DNA of 63,779 bases, filler included, from Octopus bimaculoides (lineage: Eukaryota), in NCBI RefSeq assembly GCF_001194135.2. It is 6 parts of 6 records of this genome, joined end to end, with 100 filler letters (N's around TTAATTAATTAA, not from the genome) between each part and the next. Parts side by side here need not be neighbours in the genome. Positions count along the whole stretch, not along the records: positions 1 to 22,546 come from NC_068989.1; positions 22,647 to 39,793 come from NC_068987.1; 4 more parts are not named here. The stretch is one strand, 5' to 3'. The position numbers were made by a program, and so were the translations under genes. Shown piece after piece: positions 12,396-24,295 of the stretch; within the stretch, counting starts at the first letter, position 1; each line of letters opens with the position of its first letter. Below the pieces are notes generated by a model. The model saw only the letters and a list, made by a program, of their open reading frames with translations. It searched no databases and was not told the origin of the DNA.

Positions 12396-12538
12396 TGTGA
12401 ATGCATAAGGCGTTTATGTATCTATGATATTGCCTTCGACTTCAAATTCGCTTCCTTGTCATTATTCTCTCTTCTATCCTTATTACATTCCCTTCCTCCA
12501 TAAACCATTCTATGCATTTTGTCGTTCTTCTATTTCAA

Positions 12539-12571
<33 letters not shown>

Positions 12572-13689
12572 CATCTCTCTCCTCTCCCTTCTATCTCTAT
12601 CTCTCCGCTTATATGGAATATTCCCGGATTTCGATTTCGAAGCGACATCAGTTAAGTAGCAAAATGAAAAACTGCATCGTCTGCAGATATCGCCTGCTGA
12701 CTTGCATCATCCGTATTGATCGATCCAGCATCTATCGCTGTCTCCCTCTTCTTCGCCACATAACTCCTTTTCCTTCTTCTCCGTCGCTCCTTACTCTCTT
12801 TCCCATCCTCTCCTTCCCTTGATTCTTCTTACTCTCCTTTTCACCTGCCTTTTCTCCTTATCACACTTACTCTCTTTTCCCTCTTTTACTTTTTATGATC
12901 CTTACTCTCCATATTCTACTACTTCTCATCAATACTACTACCCTTACTCTCGCGACTATTCACTGCCTCTTCTTTCTCTCCACTTTTCCCCATTCTCTTT
13001 GTTTACTACACCCGCCTTCTCCATTTTACACTCCATAGTCTTCATCTGTCTCTCTTTTCTCTCTCATTGTTTTCTTTACATCCTCTCTCATCTTATTCCT
13101 CTTCATTTCTTCTTGTCACTACCCCTCCCTCTTTACTTAATCTACCAGTTTTCTTTCTCCGTATATAACTCCTCTGCTTTCCCGCTCCGCTCCAAGCCTC
13201 CTATCGCTTTCTCACCTTGTCTGTCTTCTCCTCTCCTCGTCTCTCACTCTCTGTTCGCCAATGATCTTCAAAAACGGTAAAAACAAGCAGAAAGATATCC
13301 AAGAGCGAAACGAGTAACGAAGTGCATGTAAAGAGAGCGATTGCAGCTGCGCTTGAAAATGCACATGTTGTTACAGCACTGATATCGAGACAACGAAGGA
13401 GCGCCTATGTGATCTCTGCACTTGTTAGAAACAACAGCCAAATATCCTTCAAATCATACTCTATCGGCTTCGGAAAAAGAAATATCTGACTTCTTCCATT
13501 AGATATAATCTTGTCTTGCATACACATACAGAGACGAGATATTTATGGCTGGAATGTATTTGAAAGAAAGGTCTAATCAATCAGGTTTTACCTAGGGCTA
13601 AACAACATATTATAAATTAGTAAATAAAAGAAATCATTAAAAGATAAGAGATATTAATTATTATTGCATGTCAGCAGAATTGTTTACAG

Positions 13690-14600
13690 CGCGGTGGGGT
13701 GGGGATAAAAAAGCTTTGCAGTATTTCTTCCGATTAGCTAGGTTCTGAGTTCAAATTCCGCAGAGTTCGACTTTGCCTTTCATTCTTTCGTGATCAATAA
13801 AATAAATACGCGTTATATGCTAGCGTCGACGTATCTGAACTTAATAAGAGAGGATTCTTCTTCTTCTTCTTCTTCTTCTTCTTCTTCTTCTTCTTCTTCT
13901 TCTTCGCTCTGTAGCGAATAAAAGAAATTATCTCCATCATTATTATTATTAGGAGATTACTGTAGTTCGTAAAGAATAAAAAGTTTTGAATGGTACAACA
14001 TTGCACTATAATACAAAAAATGGACTATACGTCTGTTGTAATTTAGTTATCTATAGTCCGATGATATTTCGGAATACAATTCCTTCTTCAGATATTCTTA
14101 GATGGAGTCTCTGCTGTTGTTTTCAGGCGGTGAACTAGCAGAATCGTTAGCATGCCAGACTTAAAGTCATTTCGTCCGTCTTTACGTTCTGAGTTCCAAT
14201 ACCACCGAGGTCGACATTGCCTTTAATCCTTTCGGGAGTCGATAAAAATTAGTACTAGTCGGGCACTAGAGGAATTGTAATCGACTTAACCCCTTCCACC
14301 AAATTTCAGTCTTCGTGCCTATAATAGAAAGGATTATAATAATAATAATAATGATAATAATAATAATAATAATTATTATTATTATTAGCAAGCTAGTTGA
14401 CTAGTTACTGAGTCGGAAATTATGTTTTGTGGTATAATTTGCGGCTCCTTACGTTCTGTGTTTAACTCATATCAAGCTCAGCTTTATCTTTCATCCTTTC
14501 GAGATCGATGAATAAAGTACCAGTCAAGCAGTGGCGTAGATATTTTCCCTTTGAAATTTGCTGGTTTTGTGCTTACATCAGAAATTGGTATTACCATTTC
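13690..14600 (+). mobile_element. Three SINE family A copies (about 13690-13850, 14125-14385, 14385-14600)
   Basis: Each has a ttctgagttc/ttctgtgttt B-box-like segment and the gtcgac.ttgccttt.atcctttcg...gtcgat.aaa.aagtac core. Confidence 0.75.
14058..14097 (-). ncRNA. Possible decayed hammerhead fold
   Basis: Reverse complement: gaatat-CTGAAGA-a-ggaa(ttgta)ttcc-GAAA-ta-TC-atcgg. Core and stem II are good; stem I has only 2 bp. Confidence 0.35.
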
Positions 14601-14906
14601 CACTACTTTTGTAACAGCAAAATGACTTTTCGAATCACTCGCGCGCTTTGTGTGTTCTAAGTATGTTTGAAAAGTTTGCTTTAAAAAATTTTCTAATTTG
14701 TTGTTGAACTAACCAGGATGCTAAGAAACTGGTCAAGTCTCTTAGTTTTGGTCCTTCGAGGCATAAACTAAATTTTTTTCCTGAAATTTAATCATTCTTT
14801 TAATACAAAGAGGAACCAGACACCCAACCCAAATGATGGTATGGGGGATGTTGCAACTATAACCAAAAAAAAAAAAAAAGAAAAAGAAAAGGATTTCCCT
14901 GCAGCT

Positions 14907-15305
14907 TACTCTTTTACTTGTTTCAGTCATTTGACAGGCCATGCTGGAGCACCGCCTTTAGTCGAGCAAATCGACCCCAGGACTTATTCTTTGTGAGCCT
15001 AGTACTTATTCTATCGGTCTCTTTTGCCGAATCGCTAAGTTACGGGGACGTAAACACACCAGCATCGGTTGTCAAGCGATGTTCGGGAGACAAACACAGA
15101 CACACAAACATATACACACACATACATATATATGTATATACATATACACGACGGGCTTCTTTCAGTTTCCGCCTACCAAATCCACTCACAAGGCTCTGGT
15201 CGGCCCGAGGCTTATAGTAGAAGACACTTGCCCAAAGTGCCTCGCAATGGGACTGAACCCAGGTCCATGTGGTTGGTAAGCAAGCTACTTACCACACAGC
15301 CACAC
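14907..15305 (-). mobile_element. tRNA-derived SINE family B, full length, with internal microsatellite
   Basis: Reverse complement: gtgtggctgtgtggtaagtagc...gggttcagtccc...ggcactttgggcaagtgtcttc...(TA/TG)n...ggcggtgctccagcatggcc...gactgaaacaagtaaaagag. Confidence 0.85.
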
Positions 15306-15420
15306 TTGGTCTCCTCATTGTAAATCCGACATGTAACCGTAACGGCTGCATTAGCAACAGTAGTATTAACAACATGTCAAAGAAAGAAATAGCAACAACC
15401 TGCTAAAAAACAAAAACAAA

Positions 15421-15670
15421 GGCCCCGGCACTCCGTCGGTTACGACGATGAGGGTTCCAGTTGATCTAACCAACGGAACAGCCTGCTCGTGAAATTAATG
15501 TGCAAATGACTGAGCACTCTACTGACACGTGTACACTTAGTGTAGTTCTCAGATTGATTCAGCGTGACACAGAATACTACAAGGTTGGCCTTTTGAAATA
15601 CAGGTACTACTCTTTTTTGCCAGCTGAGTGGACTAGAGCAACTTGAAATAAAGCGTCTTGTTCTAAACAA
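15421..15670 (-). mobile_element. SINE family C, 3' part
   Basis: Shares gccagctgagtggactagagcaacttgaaataaag with 12260-12300. Confidence 0.6.
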
Positions 15671-16705
15671 CATGCTAACACCAACCACCGCCAACCGCTA
15701 GAACAACAAATGATGGTAACAGCGACAGCAAAACCGGCAGAAGTGACAACAGCATCAGCAACATACTTTACCTCGTTGCCCAGCAAATCGACACAATACT
15801 CAACACTCATAACACCAGTATTACCACCGCCACTACAAACTTTCGATCATGCTCAGAAAAAAACTCAATTCAGTCATGATTTAAGGAAGCCAGTTTCAAA
15901 CTTTTCAATCAATGAAATCACTTTGTGAAATACATTTTTTCACACGCACAGACGTAAGCAAACATTGCAGTAAATACATCTGCAGGCACATAAGTAGTCA
16001 CCTAACAGAAACACAGAGATATACGAATGTACGCCTGCCGCTACACAAAACACACACGCACACACCGATATATAATATATCCTTGTATGTGTTTAGTGTT
16101 TATGAAAGCAGAAATGTATTATACATTGGATAATATAGTGATAGTTGGAAAGTATGAATAAAGAGGGGATTTTACGATTCGGTCACCTTTTCACAAATTT
16201 GTATTCAACCAGACAAGATCTGGAGTTAACCAACAAACTAACTAACCAACCAACTATGAAAGTAACCGACTGAGTAACCAACAACCCAACTAGCCAACCA
16301 AACAACCAACTAAAATTCTCTCTTATTCCACAATTAATACACTAATGCTTCGATATACGAGTTAATTCCTTCCTGGTGAACGCTTGTAAAACTCGTAAGC
16401 AGAAAATAAAACTCGCATAAGCTCATAAAGTGGGTCCTCATAAGGTGAGATATTACTGTATATGTAATACGTAAAGCAAGTGCATTTGGAATTAATTAGA
16501 GAATATTTACATACATACATGCATCTGTGTGTGTGTGTGTGTGTGTGTGTGTGAGTATGTGTATCCGTATGTGTAAATGAATAGCTATTTTTATACTCAA
16601 ACAGCATGGACTACATAATCTCAGACGAATTTCGTGTACATGGTCGACAGTTTGTATCGGCCTCGCTGCAGAAAGTGATGGGTGAAAGTTGTGTGTCTGA
16701 GTTGA

Positions 16706-16776
<71 letters not shown>

Positions 16777-17837
16777 GCGTGTGTGTGCGTTTGTGTATGT
16801 GCATGTAGGTATATATATATATATATATATATATACACGCACAAATACATAACAAACATACATACATACACATAGATATATATGCATGCGCGCACTCACA
16901 CATACACACACACACACACATATACACATACACGGACACACACATGGACATATATATATATACCACCATCATATTTTGCCGACAAACAAGTAGTTTATGA
17001 ATTAACAATTAATCACGGGTAATTTAGTTCCATAAACACGTCACTTGATTCAATACAACTGACGCTAATGTAAACTTATAGACTATAAAATAGAGCTGAA
17101 GTTACGCCTTCCGCAAACTAATTCAGAACAAGCTTTCTTTGACATGCAATATGGACCGAACAAAATGAGAGTGAAATCAATACAAATAATATTAACATTA
17201 TATTGTTGCTCTTTCAGTGGAAAAGAGCTGATATATCAACAGCAAATATAAGGACTAAATTGTTAAATATATGTGAATGAGGAGTGCATCCTTCTATAGG
17301 ATAACGATTGACTTTCGTTACATGACAACGACGATGTCCTTCGGAATACAATGATGGAGACCTTCAACAATATGACGAAGAACTTTCTTTCACAAAACAT
17401 CAGCTGAATACATTCAGAAACCAACGAAAGAAGTTACTTATAAATTAAAGATGGTGTCCTTGCACAATATAACTGTGGAACTCTTTTATAATAGGAGGGC
17501 GGATCTCTTTCATACGGCGACACAGAACTACTTCTATAAGGTGGTCTCTGACTGGCCCTTATTACTGTGGCACTGATATGATGTGTGCGTGCTGATATGC
17601 TTATACTGAAGCACATCGGTTGAATGCACCTTGTCACATTTGTAGTACAATGCAGTAAAATGTAGGCGAGGTGATGAGAGTTAGCAAAGACTTGCAAGAC
17701 CATGTCATACTTGAAAACCATAGAACTATATTTTCGAGCTTTCCTCTGAGGTTGGTGCGAAAACAAAAGCCACGAGACTGGCGGTGTGGGGGTAAACAGC
17801 CGAATTATTATAGTTGTAGCAGTAAAAACCACGTCAG

Positions 17838-17868
<31 letters not shown>

Positions 17869-18706
17869 AAGAGAGAGAGAGAAAGAAGGGAAAGAGAGAC
17901 AGTGAGAGATATATAAATTAATAGATAAATATACAGAGAGTGTGAGAGATAGAGAGAGAAAGAAAGAGAAAAAGAGGGAGAAAGAAAGAAAGAAAGACAG
18001 ACAGAAATAAGGAGAGCGGAGAACAGCAATGAGAACACTACACGGTGGAAGCTTCACAAATGGCAGAGGACGTACCTTCATCCTCACTCCTAGAAACTGA
18101 AGGGATTGAAATCTCACCTCCCAGGAATGCCAACCCAGCACTTGTTATGATGTGAAGAGGATGAAAGGAGAAAGGGATGGCAGACTGCTACGAGGAAAAA
18201 GAAAAAAAAAAAAGAGAAAGAGGAAGGGAAATCAAAAATACAAAGCAAGATGAGCGTTAAGCATAAGAGGACCTCACTGCATCGGACGACATGTAGTTCA
18301 CAATTCTGCGCATGAGCAGCGGTTTTTACTTTTTCTTTTTTAGAAAAGAACTTCATATTTGCACATTTGATATGGAGAACGATGTGATTTATGAGAAAGA
18401 AGATATTTAGGATCGATTAACAAAACACATGCGAATGATTATGAAGACTACTGTTCTAGTGTTCTGATAGACCTCTTGCCCTCCAGCAAATCCTGTGTTT
18501 AAACTAGATTTCAGTCGCTGACATTTAGTCGTCTGACGAGCGCAGCAGAAACGAGAAACTTAGAGTAGCATCTCACGCAGTCACAGTTTTCAATAAATAT
18601 AATCGCACTATATTTAATAGCATTCAGTATTTTTTCCGATAATTGCAATTCACACCAGCGCATGTAATGTATGGCGCGCATGTGTGTTTGTGTATGTTTG
18701 TGCATG

Positions 18707-18758
<52 letters not shown>

Positions 18759-21258
18759 NNNNNNNNNNNNNNNNNNNNNNNNNNNNNNNNNNNNNNNNNN
18801 NNNNNNNNNNNNNNNNNNNNNNNNNNNNNNNNNNNNNNNNNNNNNNNNNNNNNNNNNNNNNNNNNNNNNNNNNNNNNNNNNNNNNNNNNNNNNNNNNNNN
18901 NNNNNNNNNNNNNNNNNNNNNNNNNNNNNNNNNNNNNNNNNNNNNNNNNNNNNNNNNNNNNNNNNNNNNNNNNNNNNNNNNNNNNNNNNNNNNNNNNNNN
19001 NNNNNNNNNNNNNNNNNNNNNNNNNNNNNNNNNNNNNNNNNNNNNNNNNNNNNNNNNNNNNNNNNNNNNNNNNNNNNNNNNNNNNNNNNNNNNNNNNNNN
19101 NNNNNNNNNNNNNNNNNNNNNNNNNNNNNNNNNNNNNNNNNNNNNNNNNNNNNNNNNNNNNNNNNNNNNNNNNNNNNNNNNNNNNNNNNNNNNNNNNNNN
19201 NNNNNNNNNNNNNNNNNNNNNNNNNNNNNNNNNNNNNNNNNNNNNNNNNNNNNNNNNNNNNNNNNNNNTATATATATATATATGTATATACACGGTATGT
19301 ATGAAAATATATGTGTATGTATATGTTCATACATACATTTATTCATACATATACTGCATTTATCCAGATATTTCTCTGAAAATAGAAATGTGTGTATATC
19401 TTCAATAGTCTATATAGACACACACACACACATGCACACACGCACACACACACATATATATATATATAAATTTATATGCACGTATGTAAATGTATGCATG
19501 TGTCTATGTTTGTGTGTGTGTATGTGTGTTTATGTGTGTGTAATTCTATGTAGTAGACATACAAAGATACCGAATTCATATGTATACACACACGTGTATG
19601 TATGTATACATATAGATGTATGTTTTGTATATGTTTGTATGCAAACTTGTAAGTGTAACGTTGCACATTGAAGCAAGTATATGTCAATGCATCTACATAC
19701 GTAAATTGCCAATCTTTTACATGAAAATAAGTACATTGAAGTCGTTTAGTTTTTTCTTAGAAATAATCCTTAATAAATACATTACCAGATACAATTGTTC
19801 CTTTATACAACACTACGGGATATTAAACACGATAACTGCCATTAAGAATCCACTCCTATGGTACATATACAATAAAAAATCACAAACATTTGATTCTTAT
19901 ATGTTATATAATAACATGATATCGTTAATGAAAGTATACGCTGGTTCTTCAATATATGACGCCATCAACTGTCTGCACTATGGCGAAATACAGAAAGAGA
20001 TGTAAAAAAAAAAAAAATGAGGAAATGTGCTGGGTTTGGGGTTTGTTAAACGAAGATAAAGTAATTGGTGTGTGTTTAAATAACTTTATGACATGACTAT
20101 GATAATTGCAGAAAAATATGAAATAGTTTTGGATCTGTAAGCAATAAAGTAATTATAANNNNNNNNNNNNNNNNNNNNNNNNNNNNNNNNNNNNNNNNNN
20201 NNNNNNNNNNNNNNNNNNNNNNNNNNNNNNNNNNNNNNNNNNNNNNNNNNNNNNNNNNNNNNNNNNNNNNNNNNNNNNNNNNNNNNNNNNNNNNNNNNNN
20301 NNNNNNNNNNNNNNNNNNNNNNNNNNNNNNNNNNNNNNNNNNNNNNNNNNNNNNNNNNNNNNNNNNNNNNNNNNNNNNNNNNNNNNNNNNNNNNNNNNNN
20401 NNNNNNNNNNNNNNNNNNNNNNNNNNNNNNNNNNNNNNNNNNNNNNNNNNNNNNNNNNNNNNNNNNNNNNNNNNNNNNNNNNNNNNNNNNNNNNNNNNNN
20501 NNNNNNNNNNNNNNNNNNNNNNNNNNNNNNNNNNNNNNNNNNNNNNNNNNNNNNNNNNNNNNNNNNNNNNNNNNNNNNNNNNNNNNNNNNNNNNNNNNNN
20601 NNNNNNNNNNNNNNNNNNNNNNNNNNNNNNNNNNNNNNNNNNNNNNNNNNNNNNNNNNNNNNNNNNNNNNNNNNNNNNNNNNNNNNNNNNNNNNNNNNNN
20701 NNNNNNNNNNNNNNNNNNNNNNNNNNNNNNNNNNNNNNNNNNNNNNNNNNNNNNNNNNNNNNNNNNNNNNNNNNNNNNNNNNNNNNNNNNNNNNNNNNNN
20801 NNNNNNNNNNNNNNNNNNNNNNNNNNNNNNNNNNNNNNNNNNNNNNNNNNNNNNNNNNNNNNNNNNNNNNNNNNNNNNNNNNNNNNNNNNNNNNNNNNNN
20901 NNNNNNNNNNNNNNNNNNNACATACACACACACACACACACACATATAAGTGCTTAGTCATGTCATGAGCTTCCGAAACTGGTGGAAGAGACGGAGGGTA
21001 GTAGTAGGAGACAGGGGGGAGGGTGTAATGCAGTCCTAACGCAGACACTTAAACTGAACGCTTGCAAAAGGATGGGCTCCGCAAAATGCACCCAAGAACA
21101 CCAGTGGGTGGTGTTAAATAAGAAAGGGGCCATGTAGGCATAAACATACACATATGTATGTTTATGTATGCGTGCATGTATGTATCGTTACATACACAAA
21201 CACACATGCACGTACACTCACGCACACACACTCACAGACAAACACACATATGTATATA

Positions 21259-22046
21259 CAAGTTGTTCGGGCTAAATTTGACAGTTTGCATAAAAGGAAA
21301 AGACAACACAATACCCTGTTCAAAAATAAAAGTATTTTAAAATTTAAAGAAATATCAAGAAGATTATGGCCAAGAGATAACAGTTTCTTCTAAACAATTG
21401 CCCGGACTCAGGCCCATGCGTTCCTCGCTGTGACCTTGGGAAGATCTTCCCAACAACTTCTTTATCTTGGTTACCAGCTCGGCTTTGGTGTTGCAAGCAG
21501 AGCGGTTGGTGCCTTCCTTAAACATGTCACACACATACTGATCCATAGGATTACAATTGGGGGAATTGAGAGACCAGAAATTTGGATGAAGTCGTAGAAA
21601 TTCTATGACAACCACTTCTAACTCTTTCCAGAGGCATGGCAAAGAACCGAATCCCGCTGCCACACACATATGGGTTTCCAGCAGCAACTCCCTCCAACTA
21701 AGGTTTGATCCCAGCCTCCAGCAGCATCTGAATTGAGCTTAAGACACTACACAAAAATGTGGGGATAAAATACGGCGTGTGGTGCAGTCAGAACACCTGT
21801 TATGTCCCTTCCTGCTGGTTTCAACTTCATATTCCATGTTACGCCTTATAGCCTTTACGGAGTTCAGAAAGCATTGAGTAGCAGTCATGGTGTCGGCACT
21901 TTGATGACTGGCACTAATCATTATGGTATAAGTAACTCATCTTCTACTAAGAATGCTCCAAGTACTCCATGTTAGCTAACATTTTCTCAACTCCAACTTT
22001 AATCGTTATGCTCTCCAATGGACTTGAAACCCTGGCTAACCCTATG
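21259..22046 (-). mobile_element. Decayed Tc1/mariner (maT/DD37D-like) transposon, internally deleted
   Basis: Minus-strand peptides QCFLNSVKAIRR (N-terminal part) and FWSLNSPNCNPMDQYV...TNRSACNTKAELVTKIK (SPDLNPLDY region). TA followed by caagttgttcgggctaaatttgac at 21257-21282 is TIR-like. Homologous to 28264-29095. Confidence 0.75.
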
Positions 22047-22156
22047 AACAAGCCATAACTACCTTTCTCTAAATACACCACTGTTCTATAACTTAGAGTG
22101 TACTTCTCTTTCAGAATTATGATCTATTGACGATATATATATATGCATACACGTGC

Positions 22157-22215
<59 letters not shown>

Positions 22216-22268
22216 CATCCGTCTGTCGGCCTGTCTGCCTGTCCATTCCTCCATTAATCCATCAGTCA

Positions 22269-22320
<52 letters not shown>

Positions 22321-22546
22321 CTATGGACGGACGGTAGACGTGTCGGCTCCGTAAGTTTTGCCTTTTTTATGTTTTAAAAAGTTTGTTTGTAAAGTTTATT
22401 TTATATACAAAGTTGTATAACAACTTGTAGACTCTCTGGTGCAAGTTTTTTGCGACGGAAATCTGCCTTGTGTGGCACATTTCCAGGATATAAAAACCAA
22501 TTTCGGCTTTCTAGCCATTTTTTTTTTGAGATGATGGCGTCTTGTA

Positions 22547-22646
22547 NNNNNNNNNNNNNNNNNNNNNNNNNNNNNNNNNNNNNNNNNNNNTTAATTAATT
22601 AANNNNNNNNNNNNNNNNNNNNNNNNNNNNNNNNNNNNNNNNNNNN
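22547..22646. other. Artificial scaffold-joining spacer (also at 39794-39893, 44026-44125, 47089-47188, 61591-61690)
   Basis: Exactly 44 N + TTAATTAATTAA + 44 N, five times; the 12-mer has stop codons in all six frames. Confidence 0.95.
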
Positions 22647-24254
22647 TTCCTGTCTCGTTTTCCGTCCGCCACTACCCTCCACGAAAACAATTTAATTTGT
22701 GTTCGTGGGAAGAGCCATTTTAACGATGCGTACTGCCTTAATTTTTTGAAACGCCGGGGTTTTAATGGTGGCAGCTGATGAAGGAGATGTTTCTATGTGG
22801 CTTGCTTGTTTGTTGCACCTTGTTTACCATTTTGTCCATGTTCTTTTGCCACGTCATGTACCCAGTAATGTATCTATATGTACATGTGGATGAAGGTATA
22901 TACATACATGTACATATATATGCATATACTCATATATTGTTTATATATATATACATATATAATAGCGTGCAAACCTTCGATGCAACCTTCTGCAATGCAG
23001 ATCTTCGATGCAGATCTCCGAGTCAAACTTCTCCAATGCATATATCTCCGATACATTCTTGACCGATAGTAACCCTAGGAGGGGCTAGGACTAGATTGGG
23101 ATTAGTTGCTGTCTTTTAGGGGCTCCCAAACCTCCTTTCGCTAGATGGGCTTAGACTTATGTTAAGGCTTATTCGTTATCCGAACATAACCTATTCTGAC
23201 ACAGACGATCGGGAGCCGTTTTGAGTGTTCTATTTTCCTTGCTGGAAGGGCTCCCAACTAAGAGGGCTTAGATGATGTAGGTAGTGGTTTCGAAAAGGCC
23301 GGCATGTGCAACCTGATCACCTCTGCCGGTCAAACTCCCAACCCATGCATGCCCGTCGTGACACTGATTCTGCAGAACTGTGTTATGTATGAAACCTAAG
23401 TTTAAATTATAAATATAGATTTTTTGAACCAGTAATGTTGTGTTCGGTTAAGTCCTATATGGGGTGAAAAATCAGTGAACTGATACCTTATGGGGTTTTC
23501 CATTCACTCAGGATGAGAAAACGATACATAGATTCCTTATTGGATTTCCCTGTAAAATTGGCTACACTCCATTTTCAATCATAACTTTTACTAATTTTGA
23601 CGTATTTTGTTCAAACTTGATGCCTGCGTTACTTAGGACTCATGGGATCTTTGAATGCTTCAAGTTCTCAAAAAAAAAAACAAAAAAAAAACGAAATTGA
23701 TGAGTGGAAAAATCAATAAACCTATTCAATCAAATAGTCTGCAACCCATTTTTGACCAAACGTTTACAAATTTCAACGGATTCCGCTCAAATTTCACGTC
23801 GGTGTTACTTAGTTTGGTTTGAAATAAAGCGATTGATTAGCTTAATAATTNNNNNNNNNNNNNNNNNNNNNNNNNNNNNNNNNNNNNNNNNNNNNNNNNN
23901 NNNNNNNNNNNNNNNNNNNNNNNNNNNNNNNNNNNNNNNNNNNNNNNNNNNNNNNNNNNNNNNNNNNNNNNNNNNNNNNNNNNNNNNNNNNNNNNNNNNN
24001 NNNNNNNNNNNNNNNNNNNNNNNNNNNNNNNNNNNNNNNNNNNNNNNNNNNNNNNNNNNNNNNNNNNNNNNNNNNNNNNNNNNNNNNNNNNNNNNNNNNN
24101 NNNNNNNNNNNNNNNNNNNNNNNNNNNNNNNNNNNNNNNNNNNNNNNNNNNNNNNNNNNNNNNNNNNNNNNNNNNNNNNNNNNNNNNNNNNNNNNNNNNN
24201 NNNNNNNNNNNNNNNNNNNNNNNNNNNNNNNNNNNNNNNNNNNNNNNNNNNNNN

Positions 24255-24295
<41 letters not shown>

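Noticed and set aside
17434-17820. Complex part of the 235-aa minus-strand ORF (FKYDMV...)
   Set aside because: The resemblance to an RT motif is too slight, and the ORF's length comes largely from (GA)n and (GATA)n tracts.
18531-18560. CTGACGAgcgcagcaGAAAC
   Set aside because: Stem II does not close next to GAAA, and there is no stem I or cleavage triplet.
22591-22602. Palindromic TTAATTAATTAA islands that could be taken for a regulatory or integration motif
   Set aside because: They are always centred in exactly 44+44 N, so they are an artificial joiner.
22772-22800. cagCTGATGAagg starts here and on the minus strand near 44000-44015
   Set aside because: The two look related, but no matching stem II partner or GAAA was found downstream.
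23070-23390. Possible LINE ORF2 fragment (AHLAKGGLGAP on the minus strand)
   Set aside because: Only one short motif among many stops; not enough to assign.
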